Assembly (NCBI GenBank): GCA_963748215.1
Contig: CAVVHS010000006.1
Span: 288,001 to 352,000 of the forward strand
Direction of reading: 5' to 3'
DNA from: an uncultured Gammaproteobacteria bacterium
GTDB taxonomy: Bacteria > Pseudomonadota > Gammaproteobacteria > UBA9214
Length of the DNA: 64,000 bases
Part shown: piece after piece, positions 1 through 10,827 of the stretch
How positions within the stretch are numbered: the stretch's first letter is position 1
Layout: each line of letters starts with the position of its first letter
Position numbers and translations under genes: made by a program
The notes under the pieces: generated by a model
Told to the model about the DNA's origin: nothing
The model's database searches: none
What the model saw: only the letters and a program-made list of their open reading frames with translations

Positions 1-728
1 TAGGGTGTGCCGTCCGGGAGCGCAACCTCCACCCGTGCCTCGGATGAACCTGCACCACCCTGCAGTTCACGCAGCTCGCTCACCGAAAGACTGAAGTTCA
101 CATACACCGGGTCGATCTGCTCGATGGCGGTCAGCCAGGTCGCCTCGCCCTGGCCGACCAGGGCACCTTCGGTCACCTGCGAGCGCCCGGCACGCCCGGC
201 GATCGGAGCAGTGACGGTGGCGTAGCCCAGGTCGAGCTGCGCGCTTTCCACGTCGGCCTGGGCCTGCTTGACGGCGGCCGCCGTGCTGCGCTCGCTGGCC
301 AGCGCGTTGTCCAGGTCCTGGGTCGAGATCAGCTGTTTCTCCGCTAGCTCGCGGTAGCGCTTGGCGGTGGCGGCGGCATTGGTAGCATCGGCGCGTGCCC
401 TGGCCAGCGCTGCCTCGTGGGCATGCAGTGCCGCCTCCAGCGGGGCGGGGTCGATGCGGTACAGCACCGCGTTCTGTGCGACATCGGTGCCTTCCCGGTA
501 GACACGCTCGAGGATGATGCCCGCCACCCGCGCGCGCACCTGTGCGACCCGGGTCGGCGCCAGCCGGCCGACGAGTTCGCGGATCAGCGGCACCGACTCG
601 GGATGGACCTCGAGGACCGCGACTTCCGCCGGCGGCGGTGCCGCGGGGGGCTGTGACGAGGTCTGGTCGCAGGCAGCCAGCAGCAGGCACAGGCCAGGCA
701 ACAGGGAGGATAACCGGTGTTGTTTCAT
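1..728 (-). CDS. RND efflux periplasmic adaptor (AcrA/MexA-like) lipoprotein, 3' end beyond the window edge
   Basis: Manual translation from ATG 728: MKQHRLSSLLPGLCLLLAAC (lipobox)...VRARVAGII...YREG..V....LYRIDP...ATVTAPIAGRAG...VTEGALVGQG...IDPVYVNFS. No stop before position 1, so absent from the ORF track. Confidence 0.9.
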   Translation of the reverse strand, partial: MKQHRLSSLLPGLCLLLAACDQTSSQPPAAPPPAEVAVLEVHPESVPLIRELVGRLAPTRVAQVRARVAGIILERVYREGTDVAQNAVLYRIDPAPLEAALHAHEAALARARADATNAAATAKRYRELAEKQLISTQDLDNALASERSTAAAVKQAQADVESAQLDLGYATVTAPIAGRAGRSQVTEGALVGQGEATWLTAIEQIDPVYVNFSLSVSELRELQGGAGSSEARVEVALPDGTP

Positions 729-825
729 GAGGATCCTTCTCTGCGCTGCTTATGCCCGTCGACGGATGATGGATTGTAGTCCACCTGTTGCGATACTTCA
801 GATAAAGTGTGACATCCGGCGAATA

Positions 826-1879
826 TTAAAATACGACGGTTTCCCCGTGCCTGGGTACCAGGAACACGTCGTCGGGCAGCTGTTGCTCCCGCAAGGCCTG
901 CCGCAGCCGCCGCGGCGGTTCATCCAGCGGTTCGTCGGTGAGGATGTAGGTGCCCCAGTGAATGGCGATCGGATTGCACGGCCCTGATGTCCTGATGTAC
1001 GTTCACCGCCTCTTCCGGGTTGAGGTGCTTGCTTTTCATGAACCAGCGCGGTTCATAGGCGCCGATGGGGATGGCCGCCAGGTCGAAGGGTCCCAGACGC
1101 TCGCCGATCTCCCGGAACATGGGCTGGTAATAACCGGAATCGCCGCAAAAAAAGAAATTGAACGTTGGTGAGCGGATGGCCCAGCCGGCCCACAGGGTGG
1201 TGTTGGTCGCGAACGGCGTACGTTTGCTCCAGTGCTGGGCGGGCACGGCGGTCAGGCTGATGCCTGGCTGCCGGTACGATTCCCACCAGTCCAGTTCCAC
1301 CACCCGCGTGATGCCAAGATCCCGCAGCCAGGCCCCGAGTTTCAACGGCACGACAAAGGTCGTCAGCTCGCCCCCGGGCCGCTGGAACAGGCCGCGGATG
1401 GAAGCCGCATCCAGCGAGTCATAGTGATCGTGGGAAATCACCACGTAATCGATGGCCGGCAGGTCTGCCAGGCTGATGCCCGGTGCCACCACCCGCTGCG
1501 GGCCTGCCCATTGCACGGGCGAGGCGCGCTGTGAGAACTGCGGGTCGGTAAGGATATTAAAGCCATCCATTTGCACCAGCAGGGTCGCGTGACCGATCCA
1601 GGTTGCGGTGGTAGCGGAGCGGTTGTGCCGGAGAAAGGCAATGTCCGGTTCGGCGCGCGGGAAATCATAGGCATCGCGTTCGGGAATCGTCTTGCCCAGC
1701 CGTTGCCAGCGCCATTTCAGGAAATCCAGCAGGCCGGTGGTTTCCCGTTCCTGGGGATTGATAAAACCGTTTTCCGTGTGATGCGGCTTGCCGGCCTGCA
1801 GGGGCTGGGCGGCACAGGCCGTGACGGCCAGTATTGCCACTGTGAAAACAACCGTGTGCAAATATCCTGTAGTTATCAT
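826..1879 (-). CDS. MBL-fold metallo-hydrolase (RomA/NAPE-PLD-like), apparent frameshift(s) near 940-980
   Basis: Motifs TWIGHAT, LTDP, ISHDHYD, PAQHWS, GDSGY, IPIGAYEPRWFM. The expected tail (IHWGT..LTDEPLDEPP...HGETVVF*) continues in other frames to TAA at 826-828. Confidence 0.85.
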
Positions 1880-2008
1880 TCCGTTTCACACTCTTTTCAT
1901 GCCTGATGCAGACCACCAGTATGATTCAATTCAGGGTGGGTTTGAATCCTTTGCTGATGAGGCGACGTGGTGCGGGTTTGCGTCAGCAATTCACGGCGAT
2001 TAAGTTTT

Positions 2009-2112
2009 CGTTCACTGTAACAAAAGAGTGACAGAAACCGGCCGTCAGTGCGTGCCTTTGCGTGCAGACATTACCTGCTTTGTTTACGAAATGATGCGTC
2101 GTGATTTGTGAC
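2009..2112. repeat. Non-coding element, copy A (similar to 12602-12695); possible recombinase-binding or element-end sequence
   Basis: CGTTCACTGTAACAAAAGAGTGACAGAAACCGG...GCTTTGTTTACGAA...ATTTGT aligns with CGTTCGCGGTGTGACAAAAGTGTGACAAGAAATCGG...GCTTTGTTTGCGAA...ATTTGT. Confidence 0.5.
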
Positions 2113-2238
2113 AAAGAATGCTGGAGTCGTCCAGACTGCCTGGCAGTATTGTTCAGTTCGCTAACGGGTGAGTGCTTTTGTTTTCTTCATGTCGGTAACG
2201 TGCTGGTCGATCATCGTCCCTGCTTCGATCCTGCCAGG

Positions 2239-3603
2239 CTACGGGACATGCTTTTCCAGCAGGAGGCGTTCTTGCTGTGTAATCTCTTGCAACCGGTTGC
2301 GCTGCTGTATGGGTACCCGGTCAAGGTCCATCACGTGCTCGCTATAGGACGCGGTCGCATCGAGCGCAGTATCGATGCACCGGGTGATCTTTTCGCTCGT
2401 CAGGCCAAAGGCCTCGCCCAGATCCACATAGAAGGCCCCGTGATCTGCATATCCGGACGGGTCAAACGGGATCGCGCTGACCAGGTTATGGCGTGGCCAG
2501 GCCCGCATGGGCGCCGGGTCATAGACCGGTGCCAGCCGGCAGTCAGGCAGCCCGCCCAGCAGCGATATATTATCCAGGTGCAGGTCGCCGTTCCCGGTCA
2601 GCAGCGCCATCAGGAACCGGCGGTACAGCTGTTCTCCCGTATCGTCTTCCAGTGCGGCAACCTGACCCAGTCGTTCAATGACATCACCCAGTTCGTTCAG
2701 CAGAATATCGCCGGTCTCGCGGAAGCGGTGATTGCCGGTCGCAATCACCGAGAACAGGGACTCCATCGGTATCGGCTTGCCATCCACCCGGTCAAAGCGC
2801 TCGACCGCCAGGAAATGCAGCCCGTCATCGTCGTAGCGATGCCAGGCCGGCACCTCGAAGCCGGCCTCGCGATGGATGTCCAGGCACAGGGCTTCAAGGT
2901 CCAGCAGGCCGGTATATTCCGGGGGCTCGATTTTCAGCACGACATCGCTATTATCCCTTGTCCCGGGCGGATAAAAATCGGGTTCACCGCTGCCTGGCAC
3001 CATCGATACCAGCAGCTTCGGGATCATGCCGCCTACCGATGGCGTTGGCCCGAGTGTCTCCTCGATCAGTTGTGCATCGAAGTCGATGTTTTCATCCAGC
3101 ACATCGTGTTTGAGCATGCGCCAGAGCTGGGAGCGACGGCTGGAGGGCCTGGCGGTCGCAACGGCCTCGCGAGGATCGGTAGCGGTGAGATACCAGTGCT
3201 CGGCAACGATGTCGTCCGGGAACACGTCGATGTGCCCGATACCGCCATGCCCGCCCAGCATGAGTAATTGCCATTCCGTCTCCATGCCGGGTGGTGGTTC
3301 CTTTCCCGACCGGGCGCGCAGCATATCGAGGTAATGCCGGCGCTGCAGGTTGCGCGGATTATTGCCGGGTATCAGGCTTAGCAAGCGGGGAAACACCGGT
3401 ATCCGTTCGCTGACGGGGTAGGTGACGGTGTCGGTTCCCCAGATGGCACCGTCGCCCAGCAGGCAGAATCCCGGGCGGCCGAAGGTGAGGTATTCCCTCG
3501 TGTAGGTAAAGGCGGCCTGCTCACCGGATAACACCAGGTGGCCCATTTTCTCGGGCACCCCGGACAGTCGGGTCCAGATCACGGCATGCAGGTCGCGCGC
3601 CAT
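2239..3603 (-). CDS. HipA-family kinase toxin
   Basis: N-terminal couple domain (MGHLVL...AAFTYTREYL), P-loop SVGGMIPKL, LAVERFDR, catalytic GNGDLHLDN and LAPVYD motifs. Confidence 0.88.
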   Translation of the reverse strand: MARDLHAVIWTRLSGVPEKMGHLVLSGEQAAFTYTREYLTFGRPGFCLLGDGAIWGTDTVTYPVSERIPVFPRLLSLIPGNNPRNLQRRHYLDMLRARSGKEPPPGMETEWQLLMLGGHGGIGHIDVFPDDIVAEHWYLTATDPREAVATARPSSRRSQLWRMLKHDVLDENIDFDAQLIEETLGPTPSVGGMIPKLLVSMVPGSGEPDFYPPGTRDNSDVVLKIEPPEYTGLLDLEALCLDIHREAGFEVPAWHRYDDDGLHFLAVERFDRVDGKPIPMESLFSVIATGNHRFRETGDILLNELGDVIERLGQVAALEDDTGEQLYRRFLMALLTGNGDLHLDNISLLGGLPDCRLAPVYDPAPMRAWPRHNLVSAIPFDPSGYADHGAFYVDLGEAFGLTSEKITRCIDTALDATASYSEHVMDLDRVPIQQRNRLQEITQQERLLLEKHVP

Positions 3604-3605
3604 AC

Positions 3606-3890
3606 CTAGTCCTCCCTGTCTTCCGGGTCACCGGCAGTGCGGAAGAAGGCGCCGGCCTTGATAGCCTCGGCAGCTTTTTCTTTGGAGCGACGCGGAACGA
3701 GCGCCAGTTCGAGATCCAGTTGTGCAGCGAGTTCCTCCAGCGTGGAGGCGCGAATATCCCCGCGGCGTTTGGCCTTGCTCAAGCCCACGGCCGTCAGGCC
3801 GGCCAGCTCCGCCAGCCTGGCCTGGGTCAGGCCACGGGTCCTGGCCGCAGCAACCAGCTGATTGATCAAGGTCTTGATCTGCTCGGACAT
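3606..3890 (-). CDS. HipB/Xre-like HTH antitoxin
   Basis: ARTRGLTQARLAELAGLTAVGLSKAKRRG...STLEELA HTH pattern; ends 2 bp upstream of the HipA gene. ATG 3890 chosen as start. Confidence 0.85.
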   Translation of the reverse strand: MSEQIKTLINQLVAAARTRGLTQARLAELAGLTAVGLSKAKRRGDIRASTLEELAAQLDLELALVPRRSKEKAAEAIKAGAFFRTAGDPEDRED

Positions 3891-3905
3891 GGACCGGCTC
3901 AAATA

Positions 3906-3972
3906 TTAAACTATCGTTAAACTTATCGGTTCTGGATGGCCAAAAGTATAGCAAAATTAAACGAATGTATAA
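3906..3972. promoter_or_regulatory. Two candidate autoregulatory operators upstream of the hipB-like gene
   Basis: Imperfect palindromes TTAAAC-TATC-GTTAAA (3906-3921) and TTAAAC-GAAT-GTATAA (3957-3972) in an AT-rich promoter region. Confidence 0.45.
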
Positions 3973-4151
3973 CACTTTATTGTGTTATGCGGGGCGGGGG
4001 GTGGATTCACCCCCGGCGCCAGGAGGTAATGGTGGCGGGGCAGAGGTGTATTGCTGGCGCTGTCCGTCCAGCGCCCCGCTGGCAGGTGTGCGATGGATTC
4101 CCGGTCTGCCACCCGCACCGAATGCTGATCATTTTGTTCGCCCGACCCGGA

Positions 4152-4607
4152 CTCGATGAGAAGATTCAGTCGGGCGAGTCGACGTTGCAGCAACGGGAGT
4201 ACCGGCAAGAGTCACTGGAGCGAATGCGGCAGAGTTCCTCGCGACTGGTTGCCGTGGATGCGGGGACGGATGCAGCTGTGTTGCGGGAGCGCTATCCGGA
4301 TACCACGCGTTACCTGATCAGCAGTGCCGGGATTCATCTATGGATTGCGCCTGCGCCGTCGCCACAGGAAAACAGTGACCGTCCGCAGGTAAGAGGAACC
4401 TTGCAGCTTCTCGTTGACCGGATACATGTGCCCCTGCAACAGCGCGCAGCCCTGCAAACCGCGCTCGGCGGAGACGTGTGGAATCGTGCGCAGCGTGCCG
4501 AAGATGCCGTGAAGCTGCCGCGTTACAGCGTGCTACTGAACGTCGGTGCGCGCCATGAGCCCTGGCTGGCGCATATCAAGTCGCTGGATGCCGCGGCCAC
4601 GAATTGA
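4152..4607 (+). pseudogene. C-terminal part of a DUF4824-like protein, 5' truncated
   Basis: SRLVAVDAGTDAAVLRERYPD..RY, IHVP and PRYSV.L.VGARHEPW resemble the DUF4824 C-terminus. The upstream in-frame sequence does not look protein-like and has no convincing start. Confidence 0.55.
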
Positions 4608-4965
4608 TTCCTGCTGCAGGGGGTTGTTCCATGGCAGTCACTTCGTCGGCTGCGGGCCGCGACTTGATCCCGGTCACCTGATGTGAAAGAAGAGTGACCA
4701 AAGGGCGACATTTGCATTGGCGTTGCAAAGTCGTGTGCAACCGGAATTTATATATCAGCCGATTGCCGCCTTGCGGCCGGCGAGTGACTGCGCTCGACCT
4801 TGGCCGGAAGACAAGCGCCACAGATAGAAGGTCTGAAAGGTGGGCGAACCCGGACGTTAATATCATCCAGTCTGGCCGGTTTATTCAGTCGTAAACGCTT
4901 GTTCGGTAGACAATCCGGTGAACTGCACCGAGTTGCAGCTGCTTCCCGTTATGGCATAGCCGGCA

Positions 4966-5460
4966 TTAGCCACTGCGACCGTTCTTCTCCAGGGTAGCGA
5001 CCACGTCCTGGAACATTTCCCTGTTGTGCTCACTGAGATCCATCAGCGCACGGTGACTATCAATCAGGGTGCGCGCCAGGGTCTCCCTGTCGGCGTTCTC
5101 CTGTGGCACCTCCCTTGATACACCTGCCTCCAGGCCGGTATCCTCGACGATATCAAAAACTTCATCCAGGGCCATGCTGGTCAGTACGGAATTGATGTCA
5201 GCGCGGTTCGACACGACGGTAACTCGCGGGCCGCGGAGTCCCCGCATCCGGTTGGCGATACGGGCGAGCAGGCCGAGATTGGTGCTGTCGATGCTGTCGG
5301 TTTCTGTGAGATCGATGATAAAGCCTGCCGGGGTCGGTCCGGCAAAAATCCCTTCCAGAAAGCGTTCGAGGGAGGGACTCAGGGTATAGCGGATATCCCC
5401 GATAAAACGCAGCACATGAACGTCATCGTGGCGGGCATGCAGGACGTTGCCGTTATCCAT
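4966..5460 (-). CDS. STAS-domain anti-anti-sigma factor (RssC-like)
   Basis: VLRFIGDIRY, IIDLTETDSIDSTNLGLLA, C-terminal SHRALMDLSEHNREMFQDVV; overlaps the RssB-like gene. Confidence 0.85.
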   Translation of the reverse strand: MDNGNVLHARHDDVHVLRFIGDIRYTLSPSLERFLEGIFAGPTPAGFIIDLTETDSIDSTNLGLLARIANRMRGLRGPRVTVVSNRADINSVLTSMALDEVFDIVEDTGLEAGVSREVPQENADRETLARTLIDSHRALMDLSEHNREMFQDVVATLEKNGRSG

Positions 5461-6652
5461 CGTCTCGACGCCTGCTGATCACCAGGAAGGCAATGTCATC
5501 CGGCAGGTGCTTGTCTGCCAGGACATCGAGGCCGGCTGTCAACTCATCCAGATCCAGTTCCGTCGCTTGCGTACCCGATAGCAGGGCAGCGTATCTTTTC
5601 AGCATGGTGTCTTCGGGCATCAATTCCAGAATCCCGTCAGATACCAGTACCAGTACGCATTCCGCCGGCAGGTCGCACTGCGTGACCCTGTATTCCGCGT
5701 CTTCAAAAAGTCCGAGCGGCCGTCCCGGGCATACGAGTGTCCGGACCTCACGCCCGTCGTATAGTAGCGGGTAGGGGAATTGCCCCCCGTTGCAGTAACG
5801 CAGGGTGTGCTGCTCCAGGTCAATGACCCCGAAGAACAGGGTGAGGTGCTGATCCAGGTTCTGGCGGCACATATCACGGTTGAGACGCTGCAGGGTTCGC
5901 TGCGGGTGCAGTATAGTATCGTCACCCGACTGCCATAACGCATCACGGTACTGGATCACCAGTGTTCTGATCATCACGGTCACGAACGCCGAGGCCGCGC
6001 CATGACCGGAGACATCCGCCATGTAGAAGCCGAAATGTCCGGCATCGATGGGGAAGTAGTCGACAAAGTCCCCGCTGAGATACATGGACGGGTACAGGCG
6101 CCGCCGGAAGGTGTAGCTGTCGAAGCTGATGTTGTCTTCCGGCAGTAACTGGAACTGGATCTTGCGCCCGGCCTCTTCATCGTCCTGGAGCTGCTCCAGG
6201 GTGTGGGTCAGCTCCCGGTTCAGCTTTTCCAGGTGTTCACGGTATTCCCGGTTCTGGCGCAGAAGTTCCGCATGCACGATTACCCGTTGTACAGCGCTTT
6301 CCAGCACCGCCATATCTTGAATGGGCTTGGTGACATAGTCCCAGGCGCCGCGCTTGAGTGCCTGTATGGCGTCATTGAGCAGGCTGACACCGGAGACCAC
6401 GATCACCGGCGTCTCCGGTGATTCGGCGGTGATGGTGGACAGGACCTCCAGGCCATCCATGCCCGGCAGGCGCAGGTCGCATAACACCACATCCGGGCGT
6501 TCACGCCGGAAAACCTCCAGGCCGGTGGGGCCGTCGATGGCTTCCAGCATGGTAAAGCCGCTGTCCTCGAGGTAGGCGACAATACCGTTGCGGACTGGCG
6601 GTTCGTCCTCGATAGTGAGGATTCTGGCTGGTGCGGTCATCGTGTTGTCCAT
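5453..6652 (-). CDS. Receiver + PP2C/SpoIIE phosphatase (Pseudomonas RssB-like)
   Basis: REC domain (IEDE, CDLRLPGMDG, YVTKP); PP2C motifs LSGDFVDYF, MADVSGHG, VSDGILE, PDDIA. Confidence 0.9.
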   Translation of the reverse strand: MDNTMTAPARILTIEDEPPVRNGIVAYLEDSGFTMLEAIDGPTGLEVFRRERPDVVLCDLRLPGMDGLEVLSTITAESPETPVIVVSGVSLLNDAIQALKRGAWDYVTKPIQDMAVLESAVQRVIVHAELLRQNREYREHLEKLNRELTHTLEQLQDDEEAGRKIQFQLLPEDNISFDSYTFRRRLYPSMYLSGDFVDYFPIDAGHFGFYMADVSGHGAASAFVTVMIRTLVIQYRDALWQSGDDTILHPQRTLQRLNRDMCRQNLDQHLTLFFGVIDLEQHTLRYCNGGQFPYPLLYDGREVRTLVCPGRPLGLFEDAEYRVTQCDLPAECVLVLVSDGILELMPEDTMLKRYAALLSGTQATELDLDELTAGLDVLADKHLPDDIAFLVISRRRDDG

Positions 6653-6655
6653 AAG

Positions 6656-7036
6656 CTAGACCCTGCCGATTGCCAGCGCTGCTACCGTTTTTGACAGCGA
6701 TGTCATGTCTATCACCGGTTTGGCGAAAAACAGCCTTTCGTCAATTCCCATTGCGCGCAGATCATCCGGGATGCTGTACTCTGCCGAACCGGTATGGATG
6801 ATGAATTTCAGGTGGGGGCAAATTTCATGCAGGGCACGAATCGTGGTGTCGCCGTTCATGCCGGGTAGCCGCAGATCCATGATGCACACATCGAAGCTGC
6901 AATCATTGCGTGCGATGTCAACGGCCTCTTCACCGGAACTCGCGCTGATCACCTGCATGCCCTCATCCTCCAGAAAGACGCACAGTCCGGTGACGATAGA
7001 CGGTTCATCATCCACTATCAGTACCCGTGGACTCAT
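6656..7036 (-). CDS. Single-domain response regulator receiver
   Basis: LIVDDE, IMDLRLPGMNG, HTG, AKP motifs; overlaps the kinase stop codon. Confidence 0.9.
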   Translation of the reverse strand: MSPRVLIVDDEPSIVTGLCVFLEDEGMQVISASSGEEAVDIARNDCSFDVCIMDLRLPGMNGDTTIRALHEICPHLKFIIHTGSAEYSIPDDLRAMGIDERLFFAKPVIDMTSLSKTVAALAIGRV

Positions 7037-10000
7037 GAAGGGGGCCTCCCCTGCAACGGCAGGCGAATGGTAAAACAGGTACCTTTCCCGGGGGTCGAAG
7101 AGACGTCTATCGTGCCCTTGTGCTGGTCGGTAATGATGAAATAGGACACGGAGAGTCCCAGGCCGGTTCCCACTCCCACCGCCTTGGTGGTAAAGAATGG
7201 TTCAAATACACGGCGCTGCGTCTGCTTGTCAATGCCGGGACCGTTGTCCTTCACCTCGATGCGTCCGTATTCGCCCTCCCTGCGGGTACGCAGGATAATA
7301 CGGTGCGGGCGGGGAGTGCCACCCTCGGCCATGGCCTGGGCGGCATTCTTGACCAGGTTGAGCAGCACTTGTTCGATTTCCGTATGGTCGCAAACCAGGG
7401 TTTCGAGTTCCGGGTCCAAGTCATGCACGATCTCGACCTGCTTGAAATCATACTTTTTCTTTAGATCGTAGTCGCTGGCAGCCAGGCGCACCACGGTATC
7501 CAGCATGTCCTCGACACGTGCCGGCTGGAAGTCGGTGGTGGTGCTGCGACTGTAGGCCAGCATATCGGCAACGATATGACTGGCGCGGCTGGCGGACTGC
7601 TGGATGGTGTTCACGAATTCGAGGATGCCTCGTTCATCCAGATAACGATACACCCGTTCCAGGTCAACACCCAGTGCCTCGGCGGTACGCCGATTGGGTT
7701 CCAGGTCGGGCGAGAGCCGGCGCAGGATGTTCTGGCTGCTTTGCAACACGCCGCTCAGGGGGTTGTTGATCTCGTGCGCCATCCCGGCGGCAAGCCCGCC
7801 TACGGACATCATCTTTTCCGTCTGCACCATCATCTGCTCGATACGCACCCGGCTGGTGATGTCATCGATCCGGATCACTGCGCCGGCCGACCCGTCTGCC
7901 AGCAAGGGGTAGACCATGACATCAGCATACTGTGGCTCACCGTTCTTTTCCGTTATCAGTCGTTCCATTCGCAGCGGGGTATGTGTGCGGATCGCTTCCC
8001 GCATATTATTGAATTGCGATTCGAGCTCGGGGAACAGCTTTCTGAACGACTGGCCGATGGCACTGTCGGTCGGCACGCCGGTGGCCGATTCGGCACTCTG
8101 GTTCCATTCGGTGACCCGGCCTTTCTTGTCCACTCCGACCAGTACCGAGGGCATGGAATCGATAATGTTTTTGAGATAGGTACGCATGCGCTGCAACTCC
8201 CGGTCGCTGCGTATACGCTCGGAAATGTCGACAATGGCGCTCAGGATGAGCAGTTCCTGGCCCGTTTCGACCGGACTGAGGCCGACCTCGATGGGAAACT
8301 CGCTGCCGTCCTTGCGCAGGCCGAACAGGTTACGCCCCAGCCCCATAGGGCGGGCGCGATGTTCGGTCTTGAAGCTCTTGACGTGATCCGGGTGGTTCTC
8401 ACGATGGCGTTCGGGTATCAGCAACTCAACGGGTTTTCCCAGCATCTCGTCCCGCTGGTAGCCGAAGTATTTTTCCGTCTGTGAATTAACCAGCATAATC
8501 CGGCTTTCCGAGTCCACCATGACGATGGCATTGGGCGCCGATTCGACGACCAGCCGGAACATCCTCTCCGCGTGTTCGCGCTGGCTGGTATCCTCGACTT
8601 CTCCTACCAGCATCCGCGGATTGCCGTGCGCATCCCGCACCAGACCGGCACGTGCCCGCCCGGTGATGATGACACCGTCACGCCGGATATAGCGTTTCTC
8701 CTGTTCATAGCTGTCGATGTCACCGCGAGCCAGGGCCTGAAATCCTGTCCTGGTTTCGTCCCGGTCATCGGGATGGGTGATGTCCTCGATAGTCATGCGG
8801 GTGAGTTCATCGGCTGTATAGCCAAGAATATTGCAGAAGGCCGGATTGACGCTGAGCAGACGGCCATCCAGCTCGGATGTCACTATGCCAATAGGGGCGT
8901 TTTGCAGCGTCAGGCGCAGTTGTTCCTCGCGCTCCCTGAGTTGCTCCTGTGCCTGCTGCCGTACCGTGATGTCCTCGCCGGAACTCAATGTCGCGGATAT
9001 GTTGCCCTCATCGTCATACAGGATGGTGTTGTGCCAGGCTATCAGCCGTTCCTCGCCACTGTGGGTCACAACGGGATTCTGGTAGTACTCGAGGAGTTCA
9101 CCCTCCTGTGTCATCAGCTTCATGAATATTTTCCTGATTTCCTCCCTGACATCAGCCGGTATGTAATTGTCAAACCAGTTCTTGCCAATGATGTCCGATT
9201 CATTGGCGCCCAGCAAATCACAGCCTTTCCTGTTGATCAGGCTGATCCGCTGATCGGCGTCAATAACCATCATGATGACGCCGGCGACATCGAGATAGCG
9301 CTGTGCCTTGTTTCTTTCCAGCATGAGGGCCTGTTCAGTCTGCTGGCGGTAGATCTCGCTGCCGACCCATTGGCTCATCAGCCGGAGGATTTCCACGTCG
9401 GCGGCCGTAAAGCGGCTATTGCGCGGATGCGGGCTGGAAAAGTTGAGGGTTCCGTAGACCTCGCTGCCAGCGACCACCGGTATCCCGAGGTAGGTTTCCA
9501 GTTTGAATTCACGGTAGCAGGGGTGAGTCTTCCAGTCCGAGTGCGCGGCATGCTCAAAGCCGATGGGACCGTTGGCCCTGAGCGTTTCACGGCAGTAGGT
9601 ATTGCCAAGCTCAAGCACGGTGCCCGGGACGATGGATTCGTCGGGGGAGATGGCCTGAACGACCTCGTACTGGTCCTCATGGACATGGGCGAGTATCCCG
9701 ATCGGCAACTTGAACTGCCTGCAGCCGTTTTCAATCAATGCCCTGACCCTGTCATGGAACGGCAGGTTGTGCGCCGAGGTGATTTCATGCAGCGCGCGCA
9801 GTGCGTCCTCGGTTTGCCCGCGCTCGGATATTTCTTTTTTCAGTGCCCGTTCTGCCCGGTGTCGTTCATTTATCTCCGATTCCAGCTGGGTGTTGATGGT
9901 TGATAATTGCTGGGTGCGGCTGGCGACGCGTTTTTCAAGCTGGTCACGGGATTCGCGCAGCGCCTGCTCAGCGCTGCTGCGCCGCCGCTCTGCCTGCCTG

Positions 10001-10827
10001 ATCAGCACGGCCATGATGCTGCTGAACAGCATAAACACCATCAAGATCGTGATTGCCTTGCGTCGCAGCGATCTTTTGTTTACGGCAAACAGATTGGCGG
10101 CAGGCAAATCGGCAAGCGTCCACAGGCTTCCTTCGACATCGGTCGAGAAAGCGATGCGTGACAACTCCTCCGGGCTCAGGGTGGTTTTACCCTGCAGATC
10201 TGAACGTGTGCCATCGGCGGTAACTTCAATAAGGCCCGGCTTGTCACGGTGCAGCAGGATGAGTTGGTGGTCGTGCAACTGGCTGTTGGCAAGGATACGT
10301 GCCAGGAGCGCCGGATCGAGGCTGATAAAGAAAATCCCCCGGTCTCCGGCTGTACTCCGCCAGTTGGACATGATGTCAAAGTGATAGCCAAGCGGGTTGG
10401 GATGGATGAAAACCTTTTGATCGTCCCCGGCGGCGAACTGATTGATGTCAGCCTGGCACAGGTCGGCGACCTTGCCCTCGAGATCATCCAGCAGCACCTC
10501 TCCCCGATCATTGGTGATGGTATAGGCGAAAAAGTCGGGAAAATGCCGTTTGACCCTGTCGGTAAACTGCTCCTGTAGTGCTTCATCCGCCTGGTTCCGG
10601 GACAGTTTGCCGATGGTCTCGCCTTCCTCTTCGGCAAACAGGTCTACACGCCGGCGGACCTCCCTGATATAGATTTCAATGATACTGGCCGCACCCCGGG
10701 TGGATTGCTCCATCTGGACCTGCTGGCTGTTCAGGTAACCTACCTGGCTCCTGTCCACATAACCGAACAGGAAAAAGCCGATCAGGAACAGCGTAACAAT
10801 GATCAGAATCCAGGTGTAATTCTTCAT
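7033..10827 (-). CDS. Membrane sensor histidine kinase (periplasmic Cache-like domain, GAF, four PAS domains, HisKA, HATPase)
   Basis: Two TM segments; GAF (NTYC...YLGIPV...YGTLNF); PAS/PAC repeats; AHEINNPL H-box; NLVKNA, DNGPGI, FEPFFTTK, GTGLGL. Confidence 0.92.
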   Translation of the reverse strand: MKNYTWILIIVTLFLIGFFLFGYVDRSQVGYLNSQQVQMEQSTRGAASIIEIYIREVRRRVDLFAEEEGETIGKLSRNQADEALQEQFTDRVKRHFPDFFAYTITNDRGEVLLDDLEGKVADLCQADINQFAAGDDQKVFIHPNPLGYHFDIMSNWRSTAGDRGIFFISLDPALLARILANSQLHDHQLILLHRDKPGLIEVTADGTRSDLQGKTTLSPEELSRIAFSTDVEGSLWTLADLPAANLFAVNKRSLRRKAITILMVFMLFSSIMAVLIRQAERRRSSAEQALRESRDQLEKRVASRTQQLSTINTQLESEINERHRAERALKKEISERGQTEDALRALHEITSAHNLPFHDRVRALIENGCRQFKLPIGILAHVHEDQYEVVQAISPDESIVPGTVLELGNTYCRETLRANGPIGFEHAAHSDWKTHPCYREFKLETYLGIPVVAGSEVYGTLNFSSPHPRNSRFTAADVEILRLMSQWVGSEIYRQQTEQALMLERNKAQRYLDVAGVIMMVIDADQRISLINRKGCDLLGANESDIIGKNWFDNYIPADVREEIRKIFMKLMTQEGELLEYYQNPVVTHSGEERLIAWHNTILYDDEGNISATLSSGEDITVRQQAQEQLREREEQLRLTLQNAPIGIVTSELDGRLLSVNPAFCNILGYTADELTRMTIEDITHPDDRDETRTGFQALARGDIDSYEQEKRYIRRDGVIITGRARAGLVRDAHGNPRMLVGEVEDTSQREHAERMFRLVVESAPNAIVMVDSESRIMLVNSQTEKYFGYQRDEMLGKPVELLIPERHRENHPDHVKSFKTEHRARPMGLGRNLFGLRKDGSEFPIEVGLSPVETGQELLILSAIVDISERIRSDRELQRMRTYLKNIIDSMPSVLVGVDKKGRVTEWNQSAESATGVPTDSAIGQSFRKLFPELESQFNNMREAIRTHTPLRMERLITEKNGEPQYADVMVYPLLADGSAGAVIRIDDITSRVRIEQMMVQTEKMMSVGGLAAGMAHEINNPLSGVLQSSQNILRRLSPDLEPNRRTAEALGVDLERVYRYLDERGILEFVNTIQQSASRASHIVADMLAYSRSTTTDFQPARVEDMLDTVVRLAASDYDLKKKYDFKQVEIVHDLDPELETLVCDHTEIEQVLLNLVKNAAQAMAEGGTPRPHRIILRTRREGEYGRIEVKDNGPGIDKQTQRRVFEPFFTTKAVGVGTGLGLSVSYFIITDQHKGTIDVSSTPGKGTCFTIRLPLQGRPPS

